Source: the human T2T-CHM13v2.0 reference genome, Homo sapiens
Direction: 5' to 3' (one strand)
DNA: 64,000 nucleotides
Assembly: GCF_009914755.1 (NCBI RefSeq)
Contig: NC_060944.1
The notes under the pieces are model-generated. The model worked only from the letters and a program-made list of their open reading frames with translations. It had not been told where the DNA came from and did not search any database. Positions 40,555 through 56,647 of this stretch are shown here, piece after piece (within the stretch, counting starts at the first letter, position 1; the number at the start of each line of letters is the position of its first letter). The position numbers and the translations under genes are program-made.

Positions 40555-41760
40555 GACTAGGAGTTCTCAAGGGATCCGTGCTGTAAATCAGGAGGTCCAT
40601 GAACTTGGATAGAGAAAAATAATAATTGTTTTCACTCACCTCTACCTGATATTGAGGATTACCTTCAATGAATGTAGGCAACAAACCAGAGTAGAGTTAG
40701 ACAAAACCACGTGCAATTGCTGTTTTTGTAGCTCAAAACCGGTGCAATATTGGCAGTTTCGTATTATGAGACAAAGTAGCAAACATAGCCATGTTTGCTC
40801 ATTTCTGCGTGCCAGCATAATTTCACAAAGTCCCCGACTCTGTGACAAAGTACGGCTCTCTGGAAAGATGCTTTGAAGATAAAATAGGATAAAACATATG
40901 CCCCCGCCTCCCTGCCACATCTCCTGTCTGAGTCACTGTTTTCCTGAAATGATAAATGACCCTAGTCCTTGCCTCTTCCTACACAGAAGATAACGTCTGA
41001 CCAGGCTAGTAATTATGCTGCTATGAACAGATATACTCTTACACCCAAAACTCAATATAATTCTGCTTTAATAGAATTGCTGAGCAAGTTCAATAAAATT
41101 TTGTACATATGGAACCCGCGCTACCTATATATAAACAGTAGATTAAACTACTGTGCTGGAGCAGTCTAATATAACCTCTCTGAAGGGCTGGGCTACAGGG
41201 CTTAGTCTATAGTCCTCAATAAGACTTCTAAATAAAACTAATGTTAATTTTTTAAAAGCTTTTTTTTCTTTAATTGATAATATGATTCAAACGAACATTA
41301 GCCGTCCCCACGGATATTTTCCTATCACTTTCAGTTGTTGCAGATGTTTTGAAATATTCTCTATGCTCCTCACTTTTGGGAAATGACAGTCATTAGAATG
41401 CACCACTAGATCTTGTTTTTTTTTTTTTAGACCCACAGAGTCAATTTATTTTTGATAAAGGTACAAAGATAATTCAATAGAGAAAGGGTAGTCTTTTCAT
41501 TTGTCTTTTCAGCAAATGGTCCTAGAACAATTGAACTAGATCTTGTTATGTAATACCTTAATGCAGAAGCATATTCATTAGCAAGTCACGCATTTCCTGT
41601 AAAAATATTTTGATGGCTTTTCCAATAAAATCAGTTTCATTTGTAATCTTTTGTATTTTGTTTTATGCTTTTGAAAGCGTGACTCTGAGAAGGGACCCAT
41701 ACGCTTCCCCAGGTGCCTAAGGAGTCTGTAACAAAAAGGGGTAAGGACCCTCGAATTAAA
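40555..41760. mobile_element. hAT-Charlie relic (Charlie4-like) interrupted by an LTR and a small retro-insert
   Basis: gagttctcaag...gtccatgaacttgga; atttgtaatcttttgtattttgttttatgc...tctgagaaggg. Confidence 0.55.
40767..41280 (+). mobile_element. ERV1 solo LTR (MER67-like)
   Basis: TGAGACAAAGTAGCAAA...gccagcataatttcacaaag...aaagatgctttgaaga. Confidence 0.7.
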
Positions 41761-41903
41761 TGTTGGCCAAGGTTTGCTCCCTGCCAGGTGCTGTGCTGGG
41801 CTCACACACACGAGGAGGCATTACACATGGCCCTTATTTCCCAGCTAGAATGTGAATAAATATCTTTGAGATGCAGGTGGGGTGATGATGGTGGTGCTCA
41901 GTG

Positions 41904-42265
41904 TAGACAGTCCCTGACTTTGATGGTTCGACTTAATTTTTTGACTTTACAATGGTGCAAAAGTGATACGCGTTCAGTAGAAACCATACTTCAAGTACCC
42001 AAAGAACCATCCTGTTTTTCACTTTCAATATAGTAGTTAATAAATTACATGAGATATGCAACACTTTATTATAAAATAGGCCTTGTGCTAGATGATTTTA
42101 CCCAACTGTAGGTGAATGTAAGTGTTCTGAGCATGTTTAAGGTAGACCAGGGTAAGCTATGATGTTCAGTAGGTTATATGTATTAAATGCATTTTGACCT
42201 ATGATATTTTCAATTTACAACAGGTTTAACAGGACATAATTCCCACTGTAGCTCCCCACTGCAGC
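41904..42265. mobile_element. MER47A (Tigger-derived MITE)
   Basis: gatggttcgactt...cagtagaaaccatacttc...tgtaagtgttctgagca...tattaaatgcatttt. Confidence 0.8.
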
Positions 42266-42861
42266 TGTGTGTGCATGTAGGGTGGCAGCCACAGGCTCAG
42301 AGACAGCTTAGGGGGGTCAGCCAGGATGAGGCAGGGCAGAGGGTATTACAGGTGGGAAGGACAGGCGGGCAAGAAAATACCAAGTTTGGGTCCTGGGAAT
42401 ATCCTATAGGATAAACTCAGAAAATCTCTTTTGGGACAAATAGTGAAGGGGCTTACATGCTGTGAAGTTCAGCTTTTATTTTGTGGATGCTTAGGGGCCG
42501 CGAATATTTTTAAGCAGGTGAGAGATAGAGCCTGGAATTAAGCCTCCATAAACACACTGCTCATGGGCTGTTGAAATGCAGGGCAATGGGGCTGTTCCAG
42601 TGGAAGTGGTCAGGAAAGGCTTCTGGGATGGCTTTGAAAAAGGAGAGTGCCAGGGAGGATGGGGCAGGGGCACTAGGATCTGAGCTGTGCCAGGAAGACC
42701 CTCCTTTCCACAAACATCTCCCCTGACATCCATACCATGGACCCAGAAAAGGTCATTTTTCCAGAAAGGCACATGACCAAATGCAAAGGCACAATCCAGG
42801 CAGCAGAGGCCACTCTTTCAACCTCACTCACCCTCAGCAGCAGTAGGGGCAAGAAAGCAGG

Positions 42862-43034
42862 GGGCCAGGGGTGTTCCATCCTGGATAGAGGCTGCAGGTG
42901 CCTGTGAGACCAAGCGGGCCAGGGGTGTTCCATCCTGGATAGAGGCTGCAGGTGCCTGTGAGACCAAGCGGGCCAGGGGTGTTCCATCCTGGATAGAGGC
43001 TGCAGGTGCCTGTGAGACCAAGCGGGCCAGGGGT
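42862..43034. repeat. 54-bp minisatellite, 3.2 perfect copies
   Basis: Unit gggccaggggtgttccatcctggatagaggctgcaggtgcctgtgagaccaagc starting at 42862, 42916, 42970, partial at 43024. Confidence 0.97.
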
Positions 43035-43311
43035 AGGGAGGGTCCTTAACAAATTATGGGACCTTCTCTCTCTTCCTCTTGCCTTCAAAAAAAAAAGAGC
43101 AGGGATCCCTACTGAGGAGGCAGAGGCACCATTCCCCTCTCTTTGACCTGGGGAATATCGGCTTTGCTTATCACCCCTCCTCCCACCATACAGAGACAGT
43201 TTCTGGTGCTAAGAGACACCGCAGGGGAAGAGGAGGGTCCCATAGCATCATATGGCACAGGCTTCTCAAACCTTGGTCATGTGGCCCTAAGCAGGTTATG
43301 TGGCCATCTAA

Positions 43312-44036
<725 letters not shown>

Positions 44037-44644
44037 TTTATTAGTATCTATTACTTACCTCCATTTCTGTGGCTTTTGAGTGAAGAGAACTCACATCTGG
44101 GAAGGGACCCAGTTTCTAGCTCTGGAGAGTGGCCAGAAACAGCAGCTGAGACCTAGTGGGTTTTAGGGGCCACTGGCGCATTAGTCAGGATGTGTGAAAG
44201 AGATTATTTTCCCCGGGAGAGAGGTTGGGCCATCCCTGGAATGTGGGGGCCACTAGTGTTGACCTCAGCCTCCAGGAAAGTGGCCCTCAAGAACAGCATC
44301 GCTCAATGGCCGCGAACTAAGACAGAGTGCTGAAAATAGCCTTCTGACTCAGGCTACAATTCTTTTATATTTAGCCCAGGATGACAAATCAGTGGACTAT
44401 GCTTTTCAGTGGTGAGCCTGAAGCTGGCCAAAGGGCATTGTTATTGCATGGTTTTTATTCAGACTGGTGGGCAACATGGCATATTGTAGTATGGCCAGGT
44501 CATGTTGTAAACATTAATATGGTAATTTATGCTCAACCAACCTGAAGTCTGCTGTGAGCTGGGAAGTCCTTACACGAGAAGGAGCTGTAATACAAACTCA
44601 GCCTTTCAGCCCCAAGGTTTTCCCACTGTATCCTGTTGAGGTTT

Positions 44645-45077
44645 TGTCTTACTTTGGGCTCTCCCAGAGCAGACTGACAAGAGTAGAAATACAAGTTTTT
44701 AATTTGGGAGGTAAATGAAACAGCTTGAGTGAGTGGGAAGAAGAATCAGGGAAAAGAAGGAAGCCAATAAAGTGTGTTATCAAGTTACGGATCACTGTGG
44801 GCAATGGGGGAGCTCTGGATGGCTATGAAGAGCACAAACCTCAGTGTTCTCACACCAGTAGAGTGAGGGAGGTGGGGTATTTATACGCCCATTCCCATCA
44901 GTCATTGTTTGGGCTGCTCCCTCTGGGTGTTAATTTTCCACACTTCCTTTCTGCCACATGAGTGTGCAGAGAAAGTCCCTGGGCAAAGAAATGCAGGCAA
45001 GTGCTCTAACAGAATTTGGCCCTCATGCACTAAAGCTCTGGGGGAGATGGGTGGGGAACCAGTGGCATCTGCCACAA
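44645..45077 (-). mobile_element. ERVL LTR (LTR16/LTR33-like)
   Basis: tgtcttactttgggctctcccag...ggaagccaataaag...ggcatctgccaca. Confidence 0.55.
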
Positions 45078-45813
45078 CTTTGTTTTATGTGTTCTCTGCC
45101 CACTGCATGCAGACATGTTGCCTGGAAATACAAACAATCTGTGCATTGGGCTCCAGATTCCGCAGGCAGCGGCTCTCAAGAGACTTCTCCTGTTCCGCTC
45201 ACAGATGCCGGTTTGAATTTCACACCTGCCTCTGCCCACAGTGCTCCAATCCACCACCTACACCGCCCTGCACTTGCCCACTCTCTTGACTGCACCCCTC
45301 AGCATTCTCTCATGGGCCCACAGCCTCATGCAGGGATCTCTGGAAGTCAGAAAGACAACTGGGCATTTTCCTCTCCGTGGCATACCATGAGTGTGAAATG
45401 GGGAACTGCCCCAAGACCCCTGAGCATGGGCACTTGGCTCACAGGCCTTGTTCTTTTGTGGCTCCAATGTCTCTCTGCAGTCCTCTGTCTTCATGTGCAA
45501 CAGCCAAGTGGCCAGGCTGACTCACTTTGCACTCTGGCCACAAGGGGCTCCCCAGTCTTGCCTCTGGGCTCTTGCACATGATTATCCTGGAATGCCCTTC
45601 CTCTATATCTGGTAGTGCTAGCTCCAGTGGCATCTCCTTCTGAAGTCTCTCTTACACCACTCGCTCCTGACCCAGCTGAGCTATTTTACTCTCCTCCCAC
45701 CCGCAACACATCACTCTCCCTTTTAAGTGCCTAAAGCACTATAGGTAACGATCAGTTTCCTGTCTATTTCACCTTTAAAGGCTAAGCTCTTCCTACCACT
45801 TGGCATCTAGTAG

Positions 45814-46317
<504 letters not shown>

Positions 46318-47499
46318 TAAGCCTGAGCATTTCATTTCTTCACTTAAAATCCATTAGCCACTGAGTGCAACTTCCTGTCTTTTCTCTCTCTTCCTTATCT
46401 GTACTTTGACCTCCTGCCAGCTCCTTGGATTCCTCCTTCTCTGCTTAGCTGAGACTCCTACTCACCAGCACCTTAACTGTTCTCTTTTCCACCAACCCCC
46501 TCATCCTTCTGGATGTAGGGAGACTCATCCAGCCAGATCCTGACTCTGGAGCAATTTAATCGCTCCTTGAACACGCTTGGGGTCTTTGACCTCAGCTCTA
46601 TGTCCCATATTTCCAGTGATCTAGGCTCCTGTCCTCTGCCAGCTCTCTCCCTTTTCCTTTACCGGCTCTTTACTGCATCGCAGGTAGACAATGATGGAAG
46701 TGTTGATCAAGGTGGCATTAAGGAGGTAGTGCAAAGTTGGGGGGATTTGGCAGCCTAAAGGAGTTGGTAATGGATGAGGTGCAAGGTGTGATACAAAGAG
46801 TCCAAGAATGTATGAGGCACCTACTACGTGCCAAGCACGGTGTGAGGAGTTTAGCCTTAAATGGTGAAATAGAGAGGGAACATATAGTTACCTACAGTGT
46901 AACCTTTCCTATACCAAATCTTTACCCCTCTTTCCAAGCCTTGCAGCCTGCCCCTTCTTCTCCAGAGCAGTTGATCTTACCTCCTGTTTCACAGGGAAAG
47001 CCGAGGCCACAGAAACTAGGCACTCGCCCAGCCTTCTGCACCTCTCATCTTCTTTGGTAAGGAAGGGATCGCTCCTCCTACCCAAGGTTAGTGTCCCTAC
47101 TTGTATGGTGGAGCCCTCGATCCTTAAGCCACCCACAAGCCTGCCTTGGTTACAGCTGCTGCCCCTTTGCTGGCTCCCTGGCCACCACCTTCTTCTCTCC
47201 ACGTCTCCAGCCCTCACCTACAGTCTCCTTGTCCCCACCTGACCTCACTCTGCTCTGCTGCTTTGCCCCACATGTTCCACCCCTCCCAGGCCCTCAACCT
47301 GTAGACACTGCCCTCATCCTCCTGGGTGCCACTCATCTCATCTGTGGCTTCCCGGATGACAGTCTCTTGGTTTTTCCTACTCCTTGTCAGTTTCCTTGCT
47401 GCTCCTTCCTCACATCCTCACTGCTAAATGTAGGAGCGCCTCATTTAGTCTTGCAGTTTCCTGTCTTTGCATTCTCCTATCAGTGTCATCTAGGCTCAT

Positions 47500-48700
47500 G
47501 GTGTTAAATATTGACTTTACAGCTCAGACCTCTCTCCTTAATTCCAGACTCATAGATCCAGCTGCCTCCTAGACATCTCCACTTGGGAGTCTAGTGGATC
47601 TCACACTTATCCTGTCCTCATGAAGCTTACATTTCACTGGGGAAGACAGGAAATAAACAGGATAAACAAGGAAAATGTAAAGGTATCAAAGAGTAAAGGT
47701 ATACTAAGGAGAAAAAAATGAAGCAGGAAGGAAGATAGAGGGCGAGTGTGCTTGTGATATGTGGCTAGGGGTGGTGGTATAAATTCTGGATAAGGTGGCC
47801 AGGAAAGTCCTGATGAGAATGTGACATTTGAGTAAAGAGCTGAATGAAGTGAGTGAATGAGGTGTGTGGAGATCTGGGGAGGAACATTCCAGCAGAGGAA
47901 ACGGCAAGTGCAAAGGCCCTGAGGTGGCTCCGGTATGTTTGTAGAACGATGACGAGGTTGGTGTGGACAGAATGCAGTGATTGAGGGCAGAGAGGAAGGA
48001 GACGAGGTTGGAACTCAACCACCCACCCTCAATGCGCCCTCCCACCCTGTCTGAGACACCATCATCACTTGCCTTGATGAATCCAGCAGCCCCCTCACTG
48101 CTTGTGCCCCTGTCCCCTGAATCTTTTCTCACCCTGGCAGCTAGAAAGACTGAAAAGACTGGTCACGTCACTCCTCTGCTCAGAACCCTCCAACAGCTCC
48201 TCTGCCTCCTCCTAGCAAGAGCCTATGACCTACACAGCTCAACATGTCCCCCCAAATCTCTCCTCTCCTCTCCTTCCCTCGCCTACTCTGTTCCAGCCAC
48301 AATGCCTTCCCTGTTGCTTTTTGGACATGCCAGATGCACACCCACCTTGGACCTTTGCACTTTTTCCCCAGAATTTTCTTCCTCCAATATCCATGTGGCT
48401 CACACCCTCACCTTTGTGATGAGATCACACTGACTTCGTATTCACAATTGCAATATCCCCTAACCCTGTGCTCCCTGTCTGGCTCAGCTTGCTCTGTTAT
48501 GCCTCATGGTACTTGTCACCTTCTGTCCTATTTGAGTCATGATGCATTTGTCTATCATCTATCTCCCTGCAATGAACATCCCTGGGGTGGGGCCAGGGTC
48601 TGTTTTGCTTGGTGCTGCATTCCCATTGCCAAGAAGACCTCACAGGCATATCAAGCACACAGCAGGTGCATAACACTTGCTGAGTTTGCTGAATGAATCC
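47500..48700. mobile_element. L2 fragments (both orientations)
   Basis: ggaacattccagcagagg...gtgcaaaggccctgaggt; cacgtcactcctctgctcagaaccctccaa; gctgaatgaat terminus. Confidence 0.7.
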
Positions 48701-49304
48701 CTCCTCTGTATCCTACACATCCAACTGGTCACCACGTCCTGTGCGGTAGATGTCCTTTTTAGCAGGTCCCCTGCACTTCACTGTGTTTGTTAAGCCTTGG
48801 CTTGCTCTGTCATTTCATTTTGCTTAGGTGGCGGCAGCAGCCCCTGACAGCCCCTGGCCTCACAGCCCCTGGCCTCAACCCATATCCTCTCCACTCTGCA
48901 CACAGCTGCTGGGAGACTTTTCCTTAAAACTTGGTTTCTCTCCTTTCCCTTCTGAAAACTGTCAGTGGCTTCCTGTGGCTCAGAGGAATCAATCGAAACA
49001 TGGTGCTGCTCACAAGGAAACACAACGTTTCTAGGGCCAGTGCTGTCTTTGTCCTGCCTTCCTCCAAATTCAGCCACGTTAAGCCTCAAGCAGATCCTCC
49101 CACACAGCTGGGCTTCTTCTGCCTTTCTGCCAGGACTTGCTGCTCCCAGGAGCCTCCTCCCCCAGTCCCTGCAGCCCCAGGTCAGGTGTCTCCCCACCCA
49201 GCCTGGCTCAGCTGTCCTTTCCCGTGCAACTACAGGTTCATACAATTTGCTATTGCTCCATCTACTCTATGTGACTCTTGGTTTCTTGAAGGCAGGTATG
49301 GGAC

Positions 49305-49352
49305 TCTTTCTTTCCTTCTTTGCTTTCTTTTCTCTTTCTCTTTCTTTCTTTT

Positions 49353-49415
<63 letters not shown>

Positions 49416-49603
49416 CTCTCTCTCTCTCTCTTTTCTTTTCTTTCTTTCTCTCTTTCTGTTTTTAGAGACTGGGTCTTGCTGTCACCCAGGTTGGAGTGCA
49501 GTGGTGCAATCATGGCTCACCGAACTCCTGGGCTCAAGTGAGCCTCTTGCCTCAGCCTCCCAATTAGTTGGGACTACAGGCATGTGCCACTACACCTGGC
49601 TAA

Positions 49604-49635
<32 letters not shown>

Positions 49636-49757
49636 TTTGTAAAGACAGGGTCTTGCTCTGTTTCCTAGGCTGGTCTTGAACCCCTGGCCTCAAATGATCC
49701 TCCTGCCTCAGCCTCCCAAAGTGCTGGGATTCCAGGAGTAAGATACCATGTCTGGCC
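49305..49757 (-). repeat. (CTTT)n microsatellite tail + AluJ with (ATT)n linker
   Basis: CTTT array 49325-49455; ATT array 49606-49635. Confidence 0.9.
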
Positions 49758-50158
49758 TGAGAAATTTTCTAAAAGGCATGTTTTTGCACTGTCCAATATG
49801 TTTTTCTTTTTATCCCAGCCTCTAGCACAAGTGCCTGACTCGAACGAAGCAGGGACTCTGAAATATCTTGAATGAACAAGTAAATGGCACTTGAATAGGT
49901 GGCCTCTAATGTGCAGAGGAAGGAAAAGGGAGCTGACGCTTTCCGAGTGTTCAGTACCTTCTAGGCACCATGCTGGGCCTTTTATGTAGTTCTCGATGAA
50001 TCCTCATGGCATCCCGCTTTGCAGAATGATTCTAGTTACCCAGAGAGCAAGTAGCCCTTAGGGTCAGGACATGCATCTGAGTTGGTCTAGTCCCAAAGCT
50101 CCTGGTCCTCTCCTGACATCACTTAAACAGAGAAACAGAACTCCCCTTGGGCTTCTAG

Positions 50159-50550
<392 letters not shown>

Positions 50551-51359
50551 CAGCCTCTGGGTTTTCACAAGGCTGGTCTGGCGAGGAGGCTAGTCCTCCT
50601 CCTCTCTCCATAGGGGGCATTTCCCCTGGAGCTCAGCCTCAACTCAGCCTAGAACCTTCTCCAAGGGTGTTCCTGTGATTGCCTGCTCCACTGGGGTTTG
50701 AGGGGTGATAGCGGCTTCTGGAGTGTGCGTGCTCGGAGCATGCTTCATTCTGCTTACACCAGGCCGTGTGGCATTTGCTGGCCTGTATGTCCTCAAGGGC
50801 GCCTTGCAGGGCATGCCACATCAGGTTCAGCTCCACGTCCATCCATCCAGACTGCTCAGAAGGGCTGGGGTGGGGCTTGCTAGCTGGAGAGAGTATCAGA
50901 ATGACCCCAAACTCCTGGGAGAAACCCTAAAGAGCTGCTTGGCCATCTCTTTCAACTCCTTCAAGTCTTTGCTCACAAAGTCCCTTTCAGGCTTGAAGTC
51001 AGATGATGTTGGTGCCCTGCCCAGGGGTCCCCAGGTGCTGTGTTGGCAGTCAGAGGCTAGCTGTTGCCCCTTCTCTGGACAACTGCCCTCAGTCAATGGG
51101 AGCTGCTTCAACTGGGTCCATGACACCTGCTTCCCAAGGGGACAGCCTGCAGCCAATGACAGACTGATGTGGTGATAGAGAAGCCCGGCCCCCTTGCCTC
51201 AGCACAGTCCAGTTCTGCCTTTCTTGCCCCAGGGATCCCTGTGGGGTCGGGCTAAGGCCAAGCTTTGCCTCAACCACACCCTGGCTTTAGCTCTTCCCCT
51301 CTGGCTTCCCGCCCTCCCTCACAGGTGTCTCCTGAAATTCCTCTTTCAAAAAATTCCTA

Positions 51360-51864
<505 letters not shown>

Positions 51865-54469
51865 TCACCTAGCACCATGAGATCTGTTAGAAAAAAAAAT
51901 CCTTCAAGAAGAACCCCTATCTCAAACGCTGCTTCTAGGGAACCCGACCCAAGACATTCTTTGTCAGTGCAGTGTCACGTCTTCAAGTGCTTTTCGTGGT
52001 CCCCAAAACCTTGGGACCAGGGATTAGCCCTTAGTGGCCATCATCACTCTTCTGCCCCCTGCTGGGAAAGGTGGGGCCTGAGTGTGCACGTTTGTGTTCA
52101 TTTCTCCCCATTCAACAGGAGGCTTGCAGTGGGGTGGGGGGGTGAGTGTGGCTGCATGAACCCACCTCTGAGGAGACCCAGTAAGGACGCAGGGAGGAGA
52201 TGACCAAAAACAGAACTCCTGCCCGCTCCTCTCTGTTTCTTGTTCTTGTTCTCCCATGTGCTGAGTCGCCATCCAGCTGGCTGGGCTGCTCCAGCCTGCC
52301 TTCCCCATTCCCTGTATTGGGGTGCCCGTGTCAGGAGTCTAACCTAACGTTTGGGGGACTGGGCATCCTCTGGTCAGAAGAGGTGAGGCCTCTCCTGTGT
52401 CAGCAAGAAAAGCCACTCTCTGGCTTGTTGGCTGGGCCAGCCTGGCCCACATATTGTTGGGGAAACTGAAGCAGGGGGTTTGTTTACAGCCCAGATTATC
52501 ATAAGCCAGTCCATTTTCCTAAGGAACAGGAATGGCCAGGCCTGCAGGAGCTGCTGGGACGCTGCTAAGGCAGGGAGGGACATGGCTGGAGCTGAGCAAC
52601 TGACTGGCCAAGCCTTGCTGAGGACAGATGGCGCTGAAGTCAAGGGGCGGACTGTGTGATTAATAGCACTCTTTTGGCATCACCAGAAGGAACTTGTTCT
52701 TGGCAGATTGTCAGAATTCACAGCCAGCCTTGCTCATAACTTGTAGATGACCATGAAATATCAGGCTGCACCCCAGCCTCCCCCATCTTCCTACCCTGTC
52801 CTCCACTGGGACTTTTCTATCCATAGTAAGCCATTCCCCTGTCCACAGAGATACACAGGAGTAAAAATACCCCATCCTTCTAGATATTCAGTCTCCTCCC
52901 ACCCTGCCAGCAGGGCTAGGAGAGAAGGAATTCCCAGCCCCAGACTCCCTTCCTCTCCCCCAGTTTGCTCAGCTGCTCACGCAACGGCCCTAACCTTGGA
53001 GCTCAGTAGCAGCCTTCCCCAGGAGAGGCTGGGACCTCTGCCCCTCACAGGCCTCTTCGCTACATTATAAAGGGTCAGCGAGCCTCTCTAATACAGTACA
53101 CTTGAGCCAAGACCTGAAGACCCTGTGAGGGAGTGAGCCATGCATGTATTTGAGGAAAGAAAATTCCAGGCAGAGGGAAGAGCATGTGCAAAGGCCCTGA
53201 GGCAGCAGGGTACCTGACAAGTTGGAGAGACACCCGGGAAGTTAGGACCGCCAAAGTGGAGAAGGGGAGGAGGAGAGTGGTAAGAGATAAGGCCATTTTG
53301 AAGGGGACACAGTCATGGAAGCCTGTCAGGAAGAGGTGACCTGGATATGGTCCAGATCTCAAATGGATTGTGAAGACTCGAAGGGGTGAGTCGAGGGCAC
53401 CGTGGGCCTGCTATACCAAGCCGAGCCTCTCACATTCCTTGCATCACCAATTTTCTGTGGTGAGAGGTAACTGACAGGGTCCTTTCACTTGAGATGCGCC
53501 GGGTGTAGGTCAGAAGTCCTTCTGTGCCCTCGTGTTTGCTTCAGGATCCTTGAACTACCTGGGGCTGGCCCCAGACTCCCTTCTGTAGCTGAGGGGCAGG
53601 TGAAGGGAGGGCAGCTCCTAGAGCAACGGAGGCTGCCTGGTGGAGCCCAAGTTCAGGGAGATGAGCCATAGGCCTGTCCCGCATCCTCTTGCATCCTCTA
53701 GGTCTCCACCAGGCCCCACCCATTTCTCTTTGACTCTTTTTTTCCCTCCTCTTCTCCCTTCTCTCTTCCCACATTCCCTCTTCCTCCCCCTTCTTTCTCC
53801 TCTTTGTTGTCACTTCTTAACTCACTTATTTCCTGATTTGTGGTCTTGGAATGGCCACACCCCAAGCTCTGAGTGACCACGGCTGCAGTTCTGCCCCACG
53901 GCCAGGCTGGCCCCTGATCCAAGCATGAGCCTCTCGGCTCTGGGGCCACACTGACAAATGGCTCCTGGGTGTGAGCAGAGCAGCACTAATACCCGGGGAG
54001 AGAAGGTTCCCAGGCAGTGACCATGCTGTCCGGGAGTCCCAGCACTGAGCCGCCTGGGCTTTGCCCACTGGCCTCCACACTGGCTTTCAGAGACTCAAGA
54101 CCCTGTTCTCCTAGGTGACCACTTGCAAAGTGAGGGAAGTCCTACCCTCCAGCGTGCTCAGGGTGCACGGTGGGGCTGGGGGGTGCACGGCAGGCCTGGG
54201 CTCAGGCGGGGGCAGAGATGGGCTTAGGGACTCAGAGACTTCCTCAGGGACTCTGGGGGTCTGCCAGGGTCTGGGAGAGGATCAAGCCATGCAGGAAGGG
54301 GCCATGTCCCATGGCAGTCCTCAAGATCCCCTCTTGGCCGGTATCCAAGACATGGAAGTGAGCCTGGGGGATGTGTGTAGGGGCTGAGGGCTTCGGTGGG
54401 ATGGAAAGCTGAAAACATGGCTTCCAACTATGGCCCTTAACCCTGGCCCCAGGCCGACCTCTGACCCAG

Positions 54470-54690
54470 GCAAGAAATAACATGGACTCTGGGACCAAAG
54501 TCGTTGGGTTCCAATGTCGGCTCTGACACTTATAAACTGGGGGGACTTTGGTCATATTACTCAACCTCTCTGGTGCCTCAGTTTTCTCCTCTGTAAATGG
54601 GGCTGCTAATAGCATCTACCTCATAGGACTGTTAGGGGGATAAAATGATTTGAACAGCACCTGGCACACAGGATATATGGGTTTGTGATT
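54470..54690 (+). mobile_element. MIR
   Basis: aacctctctggtgcctcagttttctcctctgtaaatgggg...tacctcatagg. Confidence 0.85.
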
Positions 54691-54944
54691 AATTAGTTAA
54701 TTAAGGTGGGAGAGTGGGAATGGGAAAACAGAACAGACTGAGGGATGTTTGGGAGGTTGGAGTGTCTGAGTGGGGCATGAGGAGGAACTGAGACTGATGC
54801 TCAGGTTCCTGGCTTGGACTCCAGAGGACAGACAGAGATGCCACTTGCCAAGATGAAGAATTTGGGGGAAGTGGCAGGCTCGAGGGGAGAAGCAGAAAGG
54901 TGGGCCTAGGAGAGGACCGAGCCCCTGTGGCTGGGGCGTGGAAG

Positions 54945-55363
54945 TGTGGTAGATGGAATAATGCCCCCAAGATGTCCAGACCTGTGAATGTCACCTGCAC
55001 AGGGGTCCTGAGATGGGCAGATTGCTCTGGAGAATCCAGGTGGGCACAAAGTAATGACAAGACTCCTCAGACAGGAAGGAGGGAGGCAGGAGGCTCAGAG
55101 CCAGAGAGGGAGACGTGGCAACAGAAGCGGCAGTCGGACCATTCTGCGGATAGATGGAGGCAGGGCCATGAGCCAAGACATCCAGTGGCCTCTAGAAGGT
55201 GGAAGGGGCCGGGGAGAGAATTCTCCCTGAGCCTCCAGAGGAAATGCGGCTTGCTGAGGCTTGGATGTTAGGACTTCTGGCCTTCAGAACTGGGAGGTAA
55301 TATATTCTTTGAAGTCACTCAGTTTATGGTAATTTGTTATAGCAGGAACAGGAAATGAATACA
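54945..55363 (+). mobile_element. MaLR LTR (MLT1C/D-like)
   Basis: tgtggtagatggaataatg...gggccatgagccaag...tggtaatttgttatagcag...aataca. Confidence 0.8.
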
Positions 55364-55599
55364 GGCCGTCTGAGGGGCTGCTGGGACCTTAGCAGCTGGA
55401 CTTGGGGCTGGAGCTGAAGAGGGTTTGTCAGGAAATGTGGATCTGAAGGGGAGAGGGGTCTCCGAGGAAGGCTGAGAAGGAGCAGCCAGAGGACCAGGAG
55501 GGAGATGGGAGAGAGATATTAAGGGTCATAAGAAGAAAGGGGAGAGGGACAAACTGACATATAGGAGTGAATGAAAGGACTTAAAATTTTGAGACCCCT

Positions 55600-56647
<1,048 letters not shown>

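Noticed and set aside
42862-43034. CRISPR-like array or repeat protein
   Set aside because: Units are contiguous with no spacers, there are no cas genes, and the context is a human intron; it is a minisatellite.
48931-49668. 245-aa hydrophobic ORF
   Set aside because: Runs through a (CTTT)n microsatellite and an AluJ; low-complexity artefact.
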